In this document: positions 10,073 through 20,304 of the stretch, piece by piece
Layout: the number at the start of each line of letters is the position of its first letter
Position numbering within the stretch: position 1 is the first letter of the stretch
Assembly: GCA_038998335.1 (NCBI GenBank)
Contig: JAVZHQ010000001.1
Span: 384,001-448,000, forward strand
Length of the DNA stretch: 64,000 nt
Direction: 5' to 3'
Source of the DNA: Candidatus Aenigmatarchaeota archaeon
GTDB lineage: Archaea > Aenigmatarchaeota > Aenigmatarchaeia > CG10238-14 > SCSR01
Program-made: the position numbers and the translations under genes
Notes under the pieces: generated by a model
Database searches by the model: none
Seen by the model: the letters and a program-made list of their open reading frames with translations, nothing else
Told to the model about the DNA's origin: nothing

Positions 10073-10663
10073 ATGGAAGCAAAAAATAATTCACCAATAG
10101 AGTACATAAAAAATGAAAAAATCAACGAACTTATAAAGCTATACTATGAAATTAATCACTTAAAACAACTTTATAGAAAAGGATGGTTAAGATATGTACC
10201 AAATGAAAAATGTGAAAGTGTGGCTGACCATAGTTTTGCAGTAGCTGTTCTTGCTTATTTTCTAGCAGAGAAGTATTTTCCTCAACTGGACAAAACCAAA
10301 ATTCTTAAGATGGCCTTAATCCATGATTTTTGTGAAGTTTATGCAGGAGATATAACTCCTTCTGATAAAATTGACCAGGAAAAAAAAGCAAGTATAGAAG
10401 AAAAAGCAATAGTCAAAATTTTTTCTAAACTAGAAAAAGGTCAAGATTACATAAACTTGTGGAAAGAATTTCAAGAGGAAAGCTCGGAAGAGGCAAAGTT
10501 TGTAAAGCAGGTTGATTGTTTAGAAATGGTATTGCAGGCTAGTATTTATGAAAAGCAAGGTTATAAAAATCTACAGGAATTTTTTGACATGGGAAATAAA
10601 AAAATAAAAAATCGAGTATTAAGAAAATTTCTTGAAGATATAATTAAAATAAGGGGAAGATAA
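10073..10663 (+). CDS. HD-domain 5'-deoxynucleotidase-like hydrolase
   Basis: RKGW, ESVADHS, IHDFCEVYAGDI. Confidence 0.88.
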   Translation: MEAKNNSPIEYIKNEKINELIKLYYEINHLKQLYRKGWLRYVPNEKCESVADHSFAVAVLAYFLAEKYFPQLDKTKILKMALIHDFCEVYAGDITPSDKIDQEKKASIEEKAIVKIFSKLEKGQDYINLWKEFQEESSEEAKFVKQVDCLEMVLQASIYEKQGYKNLQEFFDMGNKKIKNRVLRKFLEDIIKIRGR

Positions 10664-11094
10664 TGGAAGTTCAGGTTGGAACTGCAGCCGTTGTTGTAAA
10701 AAATGGAAGTTTTTTAGTTATAAGAAGAGCTATGAAAGACGAAATAGGAAAAGAAAGTAGCTGGACTTTGCCTGGTGGGAGAGTAGAAAATTATGAAGAC
10801 CCGAATAAATCAGTTTTAAGAGAGGTAAAGGAAGAAACAGGCCTAAATGTAAGTTTAATTAAACCAATTTTTGTTTGGACAGGAAGAAAAGGTAGCTTGT
10901 GGAGAATAGTAATCCATTATCTTTGTAAGTATAAAAGTGGGAAAGTTAAACTAAGCAAAGAGCATAGTGAATTTAAATGGATTGATTTTAAAGATTTAGA
11001 AAAAGTAAAGCTTGAAAAATGGGTAAAAGAGCGTGCAAAAACTGCAATGGAAGAACTGAAATTAAACCGAAAGTCTTTTAAATTATCAAAATAA
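10663..11094 (+). CDS. NUDIX hydrolase
   Basis: Nudix box PGGRVE...LREVKEETGL. Confidence 0.9.
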   Translation: MEVQVGTAAVVVKNGSFLVIRRAMKDEIGKESSWTLPGGRVENYEDPNKSVLREVKEETGLNVSLIKPIFVWTGRKGSLWRIVIHYLCKYKSGKVKLSKEHSEFKWIDFKDLEKVKLEKWVKERAKTAMEELKLNRKSFKLSK

Positions 11095-11122
11095 TCTAAT
11101 AAAATTATTAAGGTGATATTTT

Positions 11123-11317
11123 TTGATCATTCCAGTGAGATGCTTTACATGCGGAAAAGTTGTTGGCCACTTGTACGAAGAATATAAAAAGAGAGTAGAA
11201 GCTGGAGAAGAAAGGGAAAAAGTTTTAAATGAGTTAGGTCTTAAGAGGTATTGTTGCAGACAGCTTTTCTTAGGGCATGTAGACTTGCTAAAAGAAATAA
11301 AGCACTTCAAACCATAA
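11123..11317 (+). CDS. rpoN: RNA polymerase subunit Rpo10 (N)
   Basis: [11 protein letters not shown]...RYCCR. Confidence 0.96.
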   Translation: MIIPVRCFTCGKVVGHLYEEYKKRVEAGEEREKVLNELGLKRYCCRQLFLGHVDLLKEIKHFKP

Positions 11318-11402
11318 ATTTTAAAGTTTAAAAATCCATAAAACTTAAATATTTAAAATATGGGAGCTGAAATGAATACAAAACTTTTTTTGTGGTGAGA
11401 TT

Positions 11403-11663
11403 TTGATATGGCCTATAGACAGACTAACGAGATTTGAAGCTGCCCGTTTACTCGGAGCGAGAGCTTTGCAAATCTCTCTTGGGGCCCCGATTTTAGTTAA
11501 AGCGGAAAAGGAAACCAATCCTATAGAAATAGCAAAGCTTGAATTTAAAAATAAAATTATACCCATAACTGTTAAAAGGAGATTACCTTCAGGGGAAGAA
11601 ATGGTAATAGACATAAAAAAAGCAATAGAAAATTGGCTAGCTAATCATGGGGGAGAAATTTAA
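11403..11663 (+). CDS. rpoK: RNA polymerase subunit Rpo6 (K)
   Basis: TRFEAARLLGARALQISLGAP. Confidence 0.95.
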   Translation: MIWPIDRLTRFEAARLLGARALQISLGAPILVKAEKETNPIEIAKLEFKNKIIPITVKRRLPSGEEMVIDIKKAIENWLANHGGEI

Positions 11664-13267
11664 ACCAATTTTCTTAGATGATTTAAAAGCTCGGAATAAG
11701 CTTCGTACCTTTTTCTTCTATCATACTCTAGGACTATTTCACTTCCTCTGTTTTCTTTGATAAAGTCTTTTAAAACTTTAAAGTTTTCTCTTCTAACTTT
11801 ATCGCTTACTTTTGGTTCTTCCATTTTTTCAAGATTTTCGTGAACATAATGCATAGAGGTAAAGTATAAGTAATCCCAAGAAGTTTCAAAAGGTTTTTCT
11901 ACGTAGCAGCATACCCCATGCCTTATTTTTGAATTCAAGCTTCCAGGAACTTTCCAACCTTTGTTAAAGCATATCGAAGTAGTGTCTACTATTGCATCGC
12001 TCTCTATCTTTTCAGAAAAATTTCTAGGGTCAAAACCAACTTTAAGTTTGGATTTTAAGGTAGAGATTAAAGAATAAGTTAAAATCGTTTCTCTTAAAGA
12101 ATCAAGAAGTATTTCACCAGGACTTTTTCTTCTCTCGTAAGTTTCGAGCTTAAGTTGAGAAGAAGGCGAGATTAAATTTTCCTCGTAGATCAGAGGAATA
12201 AAAAGGTGGTAGCCTCCTACTGAACTTCCCGAAGCCCTTACTATAATGTCTTTTAAACCTATACTCTTATCAAACTCAAGAATTTTATTAACTATTTTAA
12301 GGGTATCTTGGTATTCAAGAGATAAAGGATCTATGTCTCTAATAGCATCTATCGGAGTTTGATGAACAGAAGCTTCAGAAAGAAGTTCAAAGCCTAAGGG
12401 ATGGGAATTTCTTATTATCTCGAAAGCGAGTAAGCGTTGATTCAACTCTTTTATTTCTTCTTTTTTTTCTATTTTTATAGGTTTTTTTCCATAAAAGCTG
12501 GGCCAGTTCCTTAAAGTAACAGACTCTTCTAGTTCAAGCTCTTCATCAAGCTTTTGCCATTCTTCATCTTTAATCAAAGAAGTTGAAATTTTTTTCAAAA
12601 AAGGAAACCAGTTTTTTGGTCTTAAACATTTAACCGAAACTCCATAATTTTTACAATAATTTGCAATAATATCACCAATCAACTTGTAATGTTCAATTAT
12701 TTTTGGCATATCTTTTAAAGAATAAGCCTCTTTGTAAGGCTGTTTGAGCTTGAATTCACCTTTTAAAGATAAGGGAAAATCTTTTGAAATATAAGAAACA
12801 CAGAAGATTTTTTTGCTATCTGAAAAAAGTTGGTAAGTGAAACGATGGCAAAAATTTATGCTTTCATAATCTAACAAAAGCCTGTTGAAATCGCTCACTT
12901 CTTTTACCAAATCTTTGAAGTCTTCTGCTTCAATTCTCCCTATGGCTTCTACCTTTTTTGAATCAATAGAAGGAAGAAAGTGTGCTTTCAAGTTGATGTT
13001 TTTAATTCCTGCAATCTTGTTTATCGTGCTAACAAAATTTTCTGCATGATTCTTTCCTTCCTTAAGTAAAACCTTTCCTGTAAAAGGGTTTTTTATGAAA
13101 AACTCAAGCTCAACCCTAAAAGTTAAAGTCTTTGCCTCGGTAAGAAAAGGCCTAACTCTATTCTTTGCTTCCTCGTTAATCTCGCTAACAGGCAAAACAT
13201 CGACTAATTTATCCTTAAAATAAAGCTTCACGTTTCTTCTTTTTTTATACTCTTCTTTCCAAGACAT
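11660..13267 (-). CDS. Putative archaeo-eukaryotic primase (AEP) superfamily protein with long N-terminal extension
   Basis: C-terminal half has AIRDIDP (DxD), RASGSSVGGYHLF (SGxxGxH-like) and IVD...KVPGSLNSK. Confidence 0.55.
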   Translation of the reverse strand: MSWKEEYKKRRNVKLYFKDKLVDVLPVSEINEEAKNRVRPFLTEAKTLTFRVELEFFIKNPFTGKVLLKEGKNHAENFVSTINKIAGIKNINLKAHFLPSIDSKKVEAIGRIEAEDFKDLVKEVSDFNRLLLDYESINFCHRFTYQLFSDSKKIFCVSYISKDFPLSLKGEFKLKQPYKEAYSLKDMPKIIEHYKLIGDIIANYCKNYGVSVKCLRPKNWFPFLKKISTSLIKDEEWQKLDEELELEESVTLRNWPSFYGKKPIKIEKKEEIKELNQRLLAFEIIRNSHPLGFELLSEASVHQTPIDAIRDIDPLSLEYQDTLKIVNKILEFDKSIGLKDIIVRASGSSVGGYHLFIPLIYEENLISPSSQLKLETYERRKSPGEILLDSLRETILTYSLISTLKSKLKVGFDPRNFSEKIESDAIVDTTSICFNKGWKVPGSLNSKIRHGVCCYVEKPFETSWDYLYFTSMHYVHENLEKMEEPKVSDKVRRENFKVLKDFIKENRGSEIVLEYDRRKRYEAYSELLNHLRKLV

Positions 13268-13305
13268 TCAAATAAGATTTATAAGCTACTTATAAATCTT
13301 TAATT

Positions 13306-14226
13306 TTATTCCAAAAATTCTACATCATCTATTCTTCCGTCAGAATCTCTGTCTATTCCTAAAACAACCTTTGCTATAGTATTAGGAGAAAATTTATTGC
13401 CTCTTTCTATTTCTTCAAGATAGTTGATTAGCCCAATTATCGCTGCTCTTGTTCCCTTAAACCTTTTTCCACTTAAAACAAGAATTTCTTTTTCCGGGTT
13501 GAAAGGATTCTTAATTTTTTCTATTATTCCAACCTCATCTTCAACATAAACTTGTTTAGAAAAAGGAGAAACTATGTTCCATTCTCGGTGAAAATCAAAG
13601 TAAATTGGCAAACTTTTGTTTATTCTTTCAACAATCATATTCGCCTTTGGACCACCAACCAAAATCAAGTTTTCTTTTAGTTCCTCTTCTTTTACTTCAG
13701 TGTCAAGCTTATAGTTTGCATAAACTTCTTTTAGCAAACTTCCTAGAAATAAAGCTAAGTCTATTGCACAGCAACCATCAGAAGCTTGTGCTGCATACTT
13801 TCCGTGAGGATCTGGCGAACCCACTATTATTTTTGCCTCTAACTTGCCATCTTTTATAAAAGGCTTGAAAAACTTTATTTCTCTAACTTTTATCTTGCTG
13901 TTTATTATTTCCTTTCCTTCAAAAAGTTTGAAAGAAACTACCGGATAACTAACAGAATAAATTTTTGCCGTAGCTCCAACTCTTTCCTCTGTTTTTTCAA
14001 GTTTGATTAGGCCTATTTCTTCCAAGTTTCTTAAGTGATAATAAACCTTTTGTTCATGTTCCTTCAACTTTCTTGCTATATCCATAGCACAAGAAGGTTT
14101 TTTTGAGAGAAGAGAAATGATTTTTAAGGCTAGCTCGTTACCCAAGCAAGAAAAAAGTTTTGGGTTTGTTATGAGCAAAGATTCGTAAGCTCTTTGCTTT
14201 TTGCCTTCTTCTACTAGAAATGCCAT
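13306..14226 (-). CDS. ArsR-type HTH transcriptional regulator with C-terminal ligand-binding-like domain
   Basis: MDIARKLKEHEQKVYYHLRNLEEIGLI wHTH; C-terminal NLILVGGPKAN; divergent from glmS. Confidence 0.75.
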   Translation of the reverse strand: MAFLVEEGKKQRAYESLLITNPKLFSCLGNELALKIISLLSKKPSCAMDIARKLKEHEQKVYYHLRNLEEIGLIKLEKTEERVGATAKIYSVSYPVVSFKLFEGKEIINSKIKVREIKFFKPFIKDGKLEAKIIVGSPDPHGKYAAQASDGCCAIDLALFLGSLLKEVYANYKLDTEVKEEELKENLILVGGPKANMIVERINKSLPIYFDFHREWNIVSPFSKQVYVEDEVGIIEKIKNPFNPEKEILVLSGKRFKGTRAAIIGLINYLEEIERGNKFSPNTIAKVVLGIDRDSDGRIDDVEFLE

Positions 14227-14229
14227 AAT

Positions 14230-14249
14230 GTTATAATTAAAATTATAAC
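14230..14249. promoter_or_regulatory. 9-2-9 inverted repeat, candidate operator
   Basis: GTTATAATT-AA-AATTATAAC immediately upstream of the regulator start codon. Confidence 0.4.
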
Positions 14250-14523
14250 CTTATAAATTTGTTTGTAATGGTTAAGCTTTTTTTGACTTTATTTTTAAGC
14301 TTACAGCTAAGCCTTAAAATTTTATTTTTAGGTTTTCTTTTTATTCAAAACTTTATTTTCTTAATTTTGTGAAGAAAAAACAAGCTTTGTGGAGCGAAAT
14401 TTTATGCTCAAGATTTGGCTCAAATTTTGTTGTAATTTCTAGTGTTAATTATCCAAATTCTTTTGAGTGCAAAAAATGTGGAAACCTTTTTTTAAGAATA
14501 CCAAAAGCTTTGGTTGATGAATA

Positions 14524-16290
14524 ATGTGTGGAATTTTTGGTTATTTTGGTGAAAATAATGCTTTTTCAACTATCTTGAAAGGGTTAAAAATGCTTGAGTA
14601 TAGAGGATACGATTCTGCTGGAATCGCGATACTAGGCCAAAAACTAGAGATAGTTAAAGATATTGGAAAAATAGACGAAGTTTTTTCAAAAGTTAATCCT
14701 GAAAGCTTAGCCGGAAATCTTGGAATTGGTCATACAAGATGGGCAACTCATGGGAAAGTTACAAAGGAAAACGCTCATCCACATGTTTCAAACAACAAAA
14801 AGATTGCAGTTGTTCATAACGGGATAATAGAGAATTACCAAGAACTTAAGAGTTTTCTTGAAAGTAACGGCTTTGTTTTTTACAGCGAGACTGACACTGA
14901 AGTTATTCCTAACCTTATCGAGTATGAGATGAGAAAGGGGGAAAGTTTTGAAGAAGCATGCAAAAGCGCTTTTAAAATGCTTGAAGGAAATTATGCAATT
15001 CTTGTCGTTCATGAAGATGAGAAAAAAATTATAGCAACGAGAAATGGCTCTCCTTTGGTTATAGGCGTTGGTGAAAAAGAATACTTTGCAGCTAGCGATA
15101 TTCCTGCTTTTCTTGAGTTTACTCCAAGAGTTATTTACTTGCACGATAAGGATTTTGTTGTTATTGATAAAGAAATGAAATTCTTCAACCTTGCTGAAGA
15201 AAGAGAAGTGAAAAGAGAAGTGAAAAGTGTTGAGTGGAGTTTGGAGCAGGTTAAAAAGGGGAATTTTGAACATTATATGTTAAAAGAAATTTCTGAGCAA
15301 GTTGAAACTATTCAAAGAGCTATAAATCAAGACGAAAAAATATTGATGGAAGTTGCAAAAAAGATTAAAGAAGCAAAAGGAGTTTTTTTGATCGGATGCG
15401 GAACTTCTTACCATGCATGCTTAACAGCAAGCTACTTGTTCTCAAGAATAGCTAAAATGCATGTTAATGCAGTTTTGGCTTCAGAATTTTCAAACTATGA
15501 AGATTTTCTAATGGAAAAAACTCTTGTTATAGCAGTATCGCAAAGCGGAGAAACTGCAGATGTTTTAGAAGCTGTAAAGACTGCAAAGAAAAAAGGAAGT
15601 AAAGTAATTTCAATAGTTAATGTAGCAGGCTCTTCTTTACACAGAAATTCTGACCAAGCTTTACTCATGAATGCTGGACCAGAAATTTGTGTGCTTTCAA
15701 CAAAAACCTACACTTCTCAACTTGCTATTTTAACGCTTTTAGCTTATGCCTTAGCTGGAAAGTACGAAGAAGGAAGGAAAAAATTAGGATATCTTTGGAA
15801 CTTGATTTATAACCTAACTTCAGAGAGTACTAGAGAGCATATAAAAAAGCTTGCCGAAAAACTGAAAGATAAAGAGCATATATTTTTGATAGGAAGGGGC
15901 TTGCAATATCCCACTGCTCTAGAAGCTGCTTTGAAAATAAAAGAAGTTTCTTACATCCATGCAGAAGCTTTTGCTGGTGGCGAGCTTAAACATGGGACAA
16001 TAGCCTTAATAGAAAATGATACCCCTTGCATAGTTTTTGTTTCAGAAGAAAATGAGAAAGAAATTATTTCTAACGCTTACGAAGTTAAAGCGAGAGGAGG
16101 TTATATAATCGGAATTTCTCCAAAAAGAAATGAAATTTTTGACTTTTGGATAAAAGTCCCTGAAGTTGGAGAAACAAACCCTATATGCCAAATCATTCCG
16201 ATTCAAATTTTAGCTTATCAGCTGGCAGTTTTAAGGGGTTATGACCCTGATAAACCTAGAAATTTAGCTAAAAGCGTGACTGTAAAATGA
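14524..16290 (+). CDS. glmS: Glutamine--fructose-6-phosphate aminotransferase
   Basis: MCGIFG, EYRGYDSAG, HTRWATHG, PRNLAKSVT. Confidence 0.97.
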   Translation: MCGIFGYFGENNAFSTILKGLKMLEYRGYDSAGIAILGQKLEIVKDIGKIDEVFSKVNPESLAGNLGIGHTRWATHGKVTKENAHPHVSNNKKIAVVHNGIIENYQELKSFLESNGFVFYSETDTEVIPNLIEYEMRKGESFEEACKSAFKMLEGNYAILVVHEDEKKIIATRNGSPLVIGVGEKEYFAASDIPAFLEFTPRVIYLHDKDFVVIDKEMKFFNLAEEREVKREVKSVEWSLEQVKKGNFEHYMLKEISEQVETIQRAINQDEKILMEVAKKIKEAKGVFLIGCGTSYHACLTASYLFSRIAKMHVNAVLASEFSNYEDFLMEKTLVIAVSQSGETADVLEAVKTAKKKGSKVISIVNVAGSSLHRNSDQALLMNAGPEICVLSTKTYTSQLAILTLLAYALAGKYEEGRKKLGYLWNLIYNLTSESTREHIKKLAEKLKDKEHIFLIGRGLQYPTALEAALKIKEVSYIHAEAFAGGELKHGTIALIENDTPCIVFVSEENEKEIISNAYEVKARGGYIIGISPKRNEIFDFWIKVPEVGETNPICQIIPIQILAYQLAVLRGYDPDKPRNLAKSVTVK

Positions 16291-17411
16291 AGGCTGTAAT
16301 TTTAGCAGCAGGAAAAGGGACAAGAGCTTTTCCCTTAACAGAAAATAGACCAAAATCTATGCTTAACGTTCTGAACAAACCTTTGCTTTACTATATAATT
16401 GAAAAATTAAAAGGTTTGGGAATTGAAGAAATAGGAATTGTTGTTGGCTATAAAGAAGAGAAAATAAAGGAATATTTTGGAAAGGACTTTAAGTATTTTA
16501 AGCAAAAAAAGTTGGTAGGAACTGCTAATGCTTTATATCAAGCAAGGAATTTTATTGATGGTAATTTCATCGCCTTGAACGGTGACATTTACTTTGAAGA
16601 CAATTTAAAAAATTTTTTGAAGTTCAAGAAAAATGCGATAGGCACAACTTTTTCAAACAATGCTAGTTTATACGGAAGAATTTTGAAGAAAGGAAATAAG
16701 TTAATAAGAATAGAGGAAAAAGGCGTAGAGAAAAAAGGGTTGATAAACACTGGAATTTATCTTTTTGATGAAAAAATTTTTGATTTTATAGAAAAAACTA
16801 GAGAAAACGATTTGAGAAAAGAATATGAGTTAACAGATTCTATAAACCTTATGGCTAAAAAGTTTGAATTCAAAATTTATGAGCTTGAAGGTTATTGGCA
16901 AGATATTACTTTCCCTTGGGATTTGCTTAAAGCAAATCTTTTTGCACTTAACAAACTTAATGATGTAGTTATTGGTGAAAACACAGAAGTTTGGAAAAGT
17001 GCTATAATAAGAAAACCTGCAGTTATTGGAAATAATTGTACGATAAAAAATTGTGTGATAGAATCTTCTGTTATTGGAAATAATTGTACTGTAGGAGAAT
17101 TTTCTATCGTTAAAAGAAGTATAGTAGGTGATTTTTCAAAAGTTCCGCACTTGAACTATGTTGGAGATAGTATAATCGGCGAAAACTGCAACTTGGGAGC
17201 AGGAACTAAAACAGCAAACCTTAGGTTTGATGAAAAAGAAATTTTTGCAATAGTGAAAAATGAAAAAGTTTGCACTGGCTTAAAAAAATTCGGAGCAGTA
17301 ATTGGCGATGGAACAAAAACTGGAATAAATGTTTCCATTTATCCTGGAAGAATTATTGGCTGTAATAAATGGATTAAGCCTCATTCAGAAGTAGTAGAAA
17401 ATATAATTTAA
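16287..17411 (+). CDS. glmU: Bifunctional sugar-1-phosphate nucleotidyltransferase/acetyltransferase
   Basis: LAAGKGTR, hexapeptide repeats, HLNYVGDSIIG, ANLRFD. Confidence 0.88.
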   Translation: MKAVILAAGKGTRAFPLTENRPKSMLNVLNKPLLYYIIEKLKGLGIEEIGIVVGYKEEKIKEYFGKDFKYFKQKKLVGTANALYQARNFIDGNFIALNGDIYFEDNLKNFLKFKKNAIGTTFSNNASLYGRILKKGNKLIRIEEKGVEKKGLINTGIYLFDEKIFDFIEKTRENDLRKEYELTDSINLMAKKFEFKIYELEGYWQDITFPWDLLKANLFALNKLNDVVIGENTEVWKSAIIRKPAVIGNNCTIKNCVIESSVIGNNCTVGEFSIVKRSIVGDFSKVPHLNYVGDSIIGENCNLGAGTKTANLRFDEKEIFAIVKNEKVCTGLKKFGAVIGDGTKTGINVSIYPGRIIGCNKWIKPHSEVVENII

Positions 17412-17429
17412 AAGAAACAAATTAAACTT

Positions 17430-17636
17430 ATGATCATAAAAAACTTTTCGCTAACTGAGAAAAAAGGGATGTTTAACCTAACTTTGCTATGCCTCTCGCC
17501 TCGTGGAAAAGAAAAAGTAGTAAAACTTTACCTTTCTTTTCCAACTCTAGAACATCTAGCAATTTCCCTACAAAAAGCTGTTGAAGAGCAAAAGAAAAAA
17601 ATTCCTACTGGTAAAGATACAAGATACATAGCTTAG
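17430..17636 (+). CDS. Small hypothetical protein
   Basis: 68-aa ORF filling the gap between glmU and argS. Confidence 0.5.
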   Translation: MIIKNFSLTEKKGMFNLTLLCLSPRGKEKVVKLYLSFPTLEHLAISLQKAVEEQKKKIPTGKDTRYIA

Positions 17637-19322
17637 CTACATTTTTTCAGGAATTTGTATCCCGATTATCTTCAAACAATTCTTTAAGATTTTTCTCGTA
17701 CAATCAACTAAAGTAAGTCTAAATTCTCTTAACCTTTTTTCTGCTTTCAAAACCGGACAATACTCATAAAATTTGTCAAAAGCTGTGGCCAAATCAAAAG
17801 CATAATTACAAATATAATTCGGCCTTAGATTTTCTGCTGCATCTTTAACAACTTTTGGAAATTTCAAAAGCAATTTAATCAAGTCTTTTTCTTCCTGAGT
17901 AAGTTTTTTTGTTTTATAACTTGGCTTCCACTTTCCTGCTTTTTTTAAAATTCCATTACATCTTGTACAAGCGTACTGCAAGTAAGGGCCAGTATCTCCC
18001 TGCAAACTTAGCATTCTGTTCCAATCAAAAATTATAGCATTGCTTGGGTCTATCTTAACTATAGCATACTTTAAAGCTCCTATTCCGATAATTTCCGCTA
18101 TTCTAACTTTTTCCTTTTCTTTCATTCCTGGGTTTCTTTTCTCAACTTCTTTTAAAGCAAGTTCTGTTAGTTTTTTAATAACTTCATCAAGCATGACAGC
18201 TTTTCCTTCTCTTGAAGACATTTTTCCTTCAGGCAGTCTTACGAGCTCGAAAGAAAAATGATAGCAATTTTTAACCCAGGAAAAACCCAAAAGTTCCAAA
18301 ATCTTAAAAAGTTGTTTAAAGTAAAGGTTTTGCTCAGAAGAAACAACCCAAAATGCTTTTTCAAGCTTATACTTTTCAAACTTTTGTTTCGTTAATCCTA
18401 AATCGCTAGTTACGTACAAACCTGTACCGTCTGACCTTAAAATAACAATGTTTGGCAAACCATACTTTTCCAAATCTGCGACTATCGCTCCTTCGGGAGA
18501 CCTGAAAGCTATTCCTTTTCTTAAAGCATCTTCAACTAATTTCTTTCCCAAATCTCTTGAATCACTTTCATAAAAATAAACATTGAATTTTATCCCAAGT
18601 TTTTTGTAAGTTTCTTCAAAACCTTTTACACACCAACCAACAACTTTATTCCAAATTTTTATTACTTCCTTGTCTCTTTCTATTTCATACTTTCTCAAAA
18701 TTTCTCTTGCTTTTTCCTCTAGCTTAGGATTTTTGTTTGCTTCTTCATGAAACTTAACGTAAAATTCCCAAAGCCATAAGTCTGGTTTTTCTTCTGGTTC
18801 TTTTTTATTACCCCAAAGCAAGTAAGCAGTAACTAGCTTAGCAACTTGTAAACCAACGTTATTCATGTAGTTTGCTCTTATAACTTTATAATCAAGAAAT
18901 TCAAGCATATTTGCTAGCGCATCACCAAGAAAAGTTGACCTTGCATGGCCTATATGCATAGGATGTACAGGATTTGGTTGAGAGTATTCAACCATTATTC
19001 TTTTTCTTTTTCCTTCGTTAAGCTCTATCCCTTTTTGAATTTCCTTCAAAACCTTTTCAGAAATTTTTTCCCAATCAAAGAAGAAGTTTATGTAACCAGA
19101 TTTTGCTTCAACTTTTTTTATCAAGCTTTTTCTAGGAATTTTTATTTTTTTAACAATTTCTTCAGCAATTTCTTCCGGTTTTTTTCTTTCTTTTTTTGCT
19201 AGCTGAAAACAAACGGTAGAAGCTAAATCTCCAAGTTCTGAGCAAGGCGGAACTTCTAGAGTTTCCTCTATTTTCTCTATGCCCAAAAACCCTAAAGTTT
19301 TTATAACTTCCTCTTCTAACAT
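17637..19322 (-). CDS. argS: Arginine--tRNA ligase
   Basis: HIGH, KMSSR, GPYLQY, DALR-type C-terminal domain. Confidence 0.96.
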   Translation of the reverse strand: MLEEEVIKTLGFLGIEKIEETLEVPPCSELGDLASTVCFQLAKKERKKPEEIAEEIVKKIKIPRKSLIKKVEAKSGYINFFFDWEKISEKVLKEIQKGIELNEGKRKRIMVEYSQPNPVHPMHIGHARSTFLGDALANMLEFLDYKVIRANYMNNVGLQVAKLVTAYLLWGNKKEPEEKPDLWLWEFYVKFHEEANKNPKLEEKAREILRKYEIERDKEVIKIWNKVVGWCVKGFEETYKKLGIKFNVYFYESDSRDLGKKLVEDALRKGIAFRSPEGAIVADLEKYGLPNIVILRSDGTGLYVTSDLGLTKQKFEKYKLEKAFWVVSSEQNLYFKQLFKILELLGFSWVKNCYHFSFELVRLPEGKMSSREGKAVMLDEVIKKLTELALKEVEKRNPGMKEKEKVRIAEIIGIGALKYAIVKIDPSNAIIFDWNRMLSLQGDTGPYLQYACTRCNGILKKAGKWKPSYKTKKLTQEEKDLIKLLLKFPKVVKDAAENLRPNYICNYAFDLATAFDKFYEYCPVLKAEKRLREFRLTLVDCTRKILKNCLKIIGIQIPEKM

Positions 19323-19368
19323 ATATGAGATATTTTATTTTAACTTAAAAAATAAATTGTTGGTGAGT

Positions 19369-20304
19369 ATGGAAGTAAAAGAATTTGAACCAAAAAAGCA
19401 AAGTGTGAATGAGCTAACCAAACAAATGAGAAGAACAGCCTTTAACGCAAGAAGGCTTGGGGAAGCAGTAGAAATTATAGAAGAAATGATAAGAGATAAA
19501 AATTGTGTTAAATTTTTAGGTTTGGCTGGAGCCCTAATTCCTGCTGGAATGAGTAAGTGTATAGTAGAAATGATAAAAAATAAATGGGTTGATATAATTG
19601 TTTCTACAGGAGCTAACATTACTCATGAGCTTGCAAATTGTTTTGGAGAGAAATATTATCAATGCGAACCGGAAAAAGTTAACGATTTAGAACTGAGAGA
19701 AAAAGGTTTGGATAGAATTTACGATGTTTATGCAAGCTCAACCACAATGGCAATAATGGAAAAAAATTTTCAAGAAATTTTGAGCAAAATCAAAGAAGGG
19801 GAATACGCTACTTTTGAACTTCTCGAGGAAATAGGAAAAAGGATTGAAAAGAAAGAATCGATCTTAAGAGTAGCGTTTGAAAATGAGGTTAAAATTATTG
19901 TTCCAGGAATTGTTGATTCAATCCTAGGAATTCAAGTTTGGATGTTTTCTCAAGACCATAAATTAAAGATAAATGAAATGAAAGATTTGGACTTTTTGAT
20001 AAACTTAAACTTTGACTTAAAAAAGGAAGGAAAAAATACTGGTGTAATAATTTTAGGTGGAGGTGTACCGAAAAACTTTATTTTACAATCAGTTTTGTTA
20101 GCTGACAAACCTCACAAGTATGTTGTTCAAATAACAACTGAAGTTCCAGAGTATGGTGGTTTATCGGGAGCAACTTTAGAAGAAGCTTTAAGCTGGGGTA
20201 AAGTTGACAAAAGCTCAAAAACCTGCACAGTTTATTGCGATTCGACCATAGCTTTACCCATAATAGTTTCTTCTTTAAAAGAGAGACTAACTTTCAAAAC
20301 CTAA
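19369..20304 (+). CDS. dys: Deoxyhypusine synthase
   Basis: STGANITH, GGGVPKN, GGLSGATLEEALSWGK; GGTGA RBS before ATG 19369. Confidence 0.93.
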   Translation: MEVKEFEPKKQSVNELTKQMRRTAFNARRLGEAVEIIEEMIRDKNCVKFLGLAGALIPAGMSKCIVEMIKNKWVDIIVSTGANITHELANCFGEKYYQCEPEKVNDLELREKGLDRIYDVYASSTTMAIMEKNFQEILSKIKEGEYATFELLEEIGKRIEKKESILRVAFENEVKIIVPGIVDSILGIQVWMFSQDHKLKINEMKDLDFLINLNFDLKKEGKNTGVIILGGGVPKNFILQSVLLADKPHKYVVQITTEVPEYGGLSGATLEEALSWGKVDKSSKTCTVYCDSTIALPIIVSSLKERLTFKT

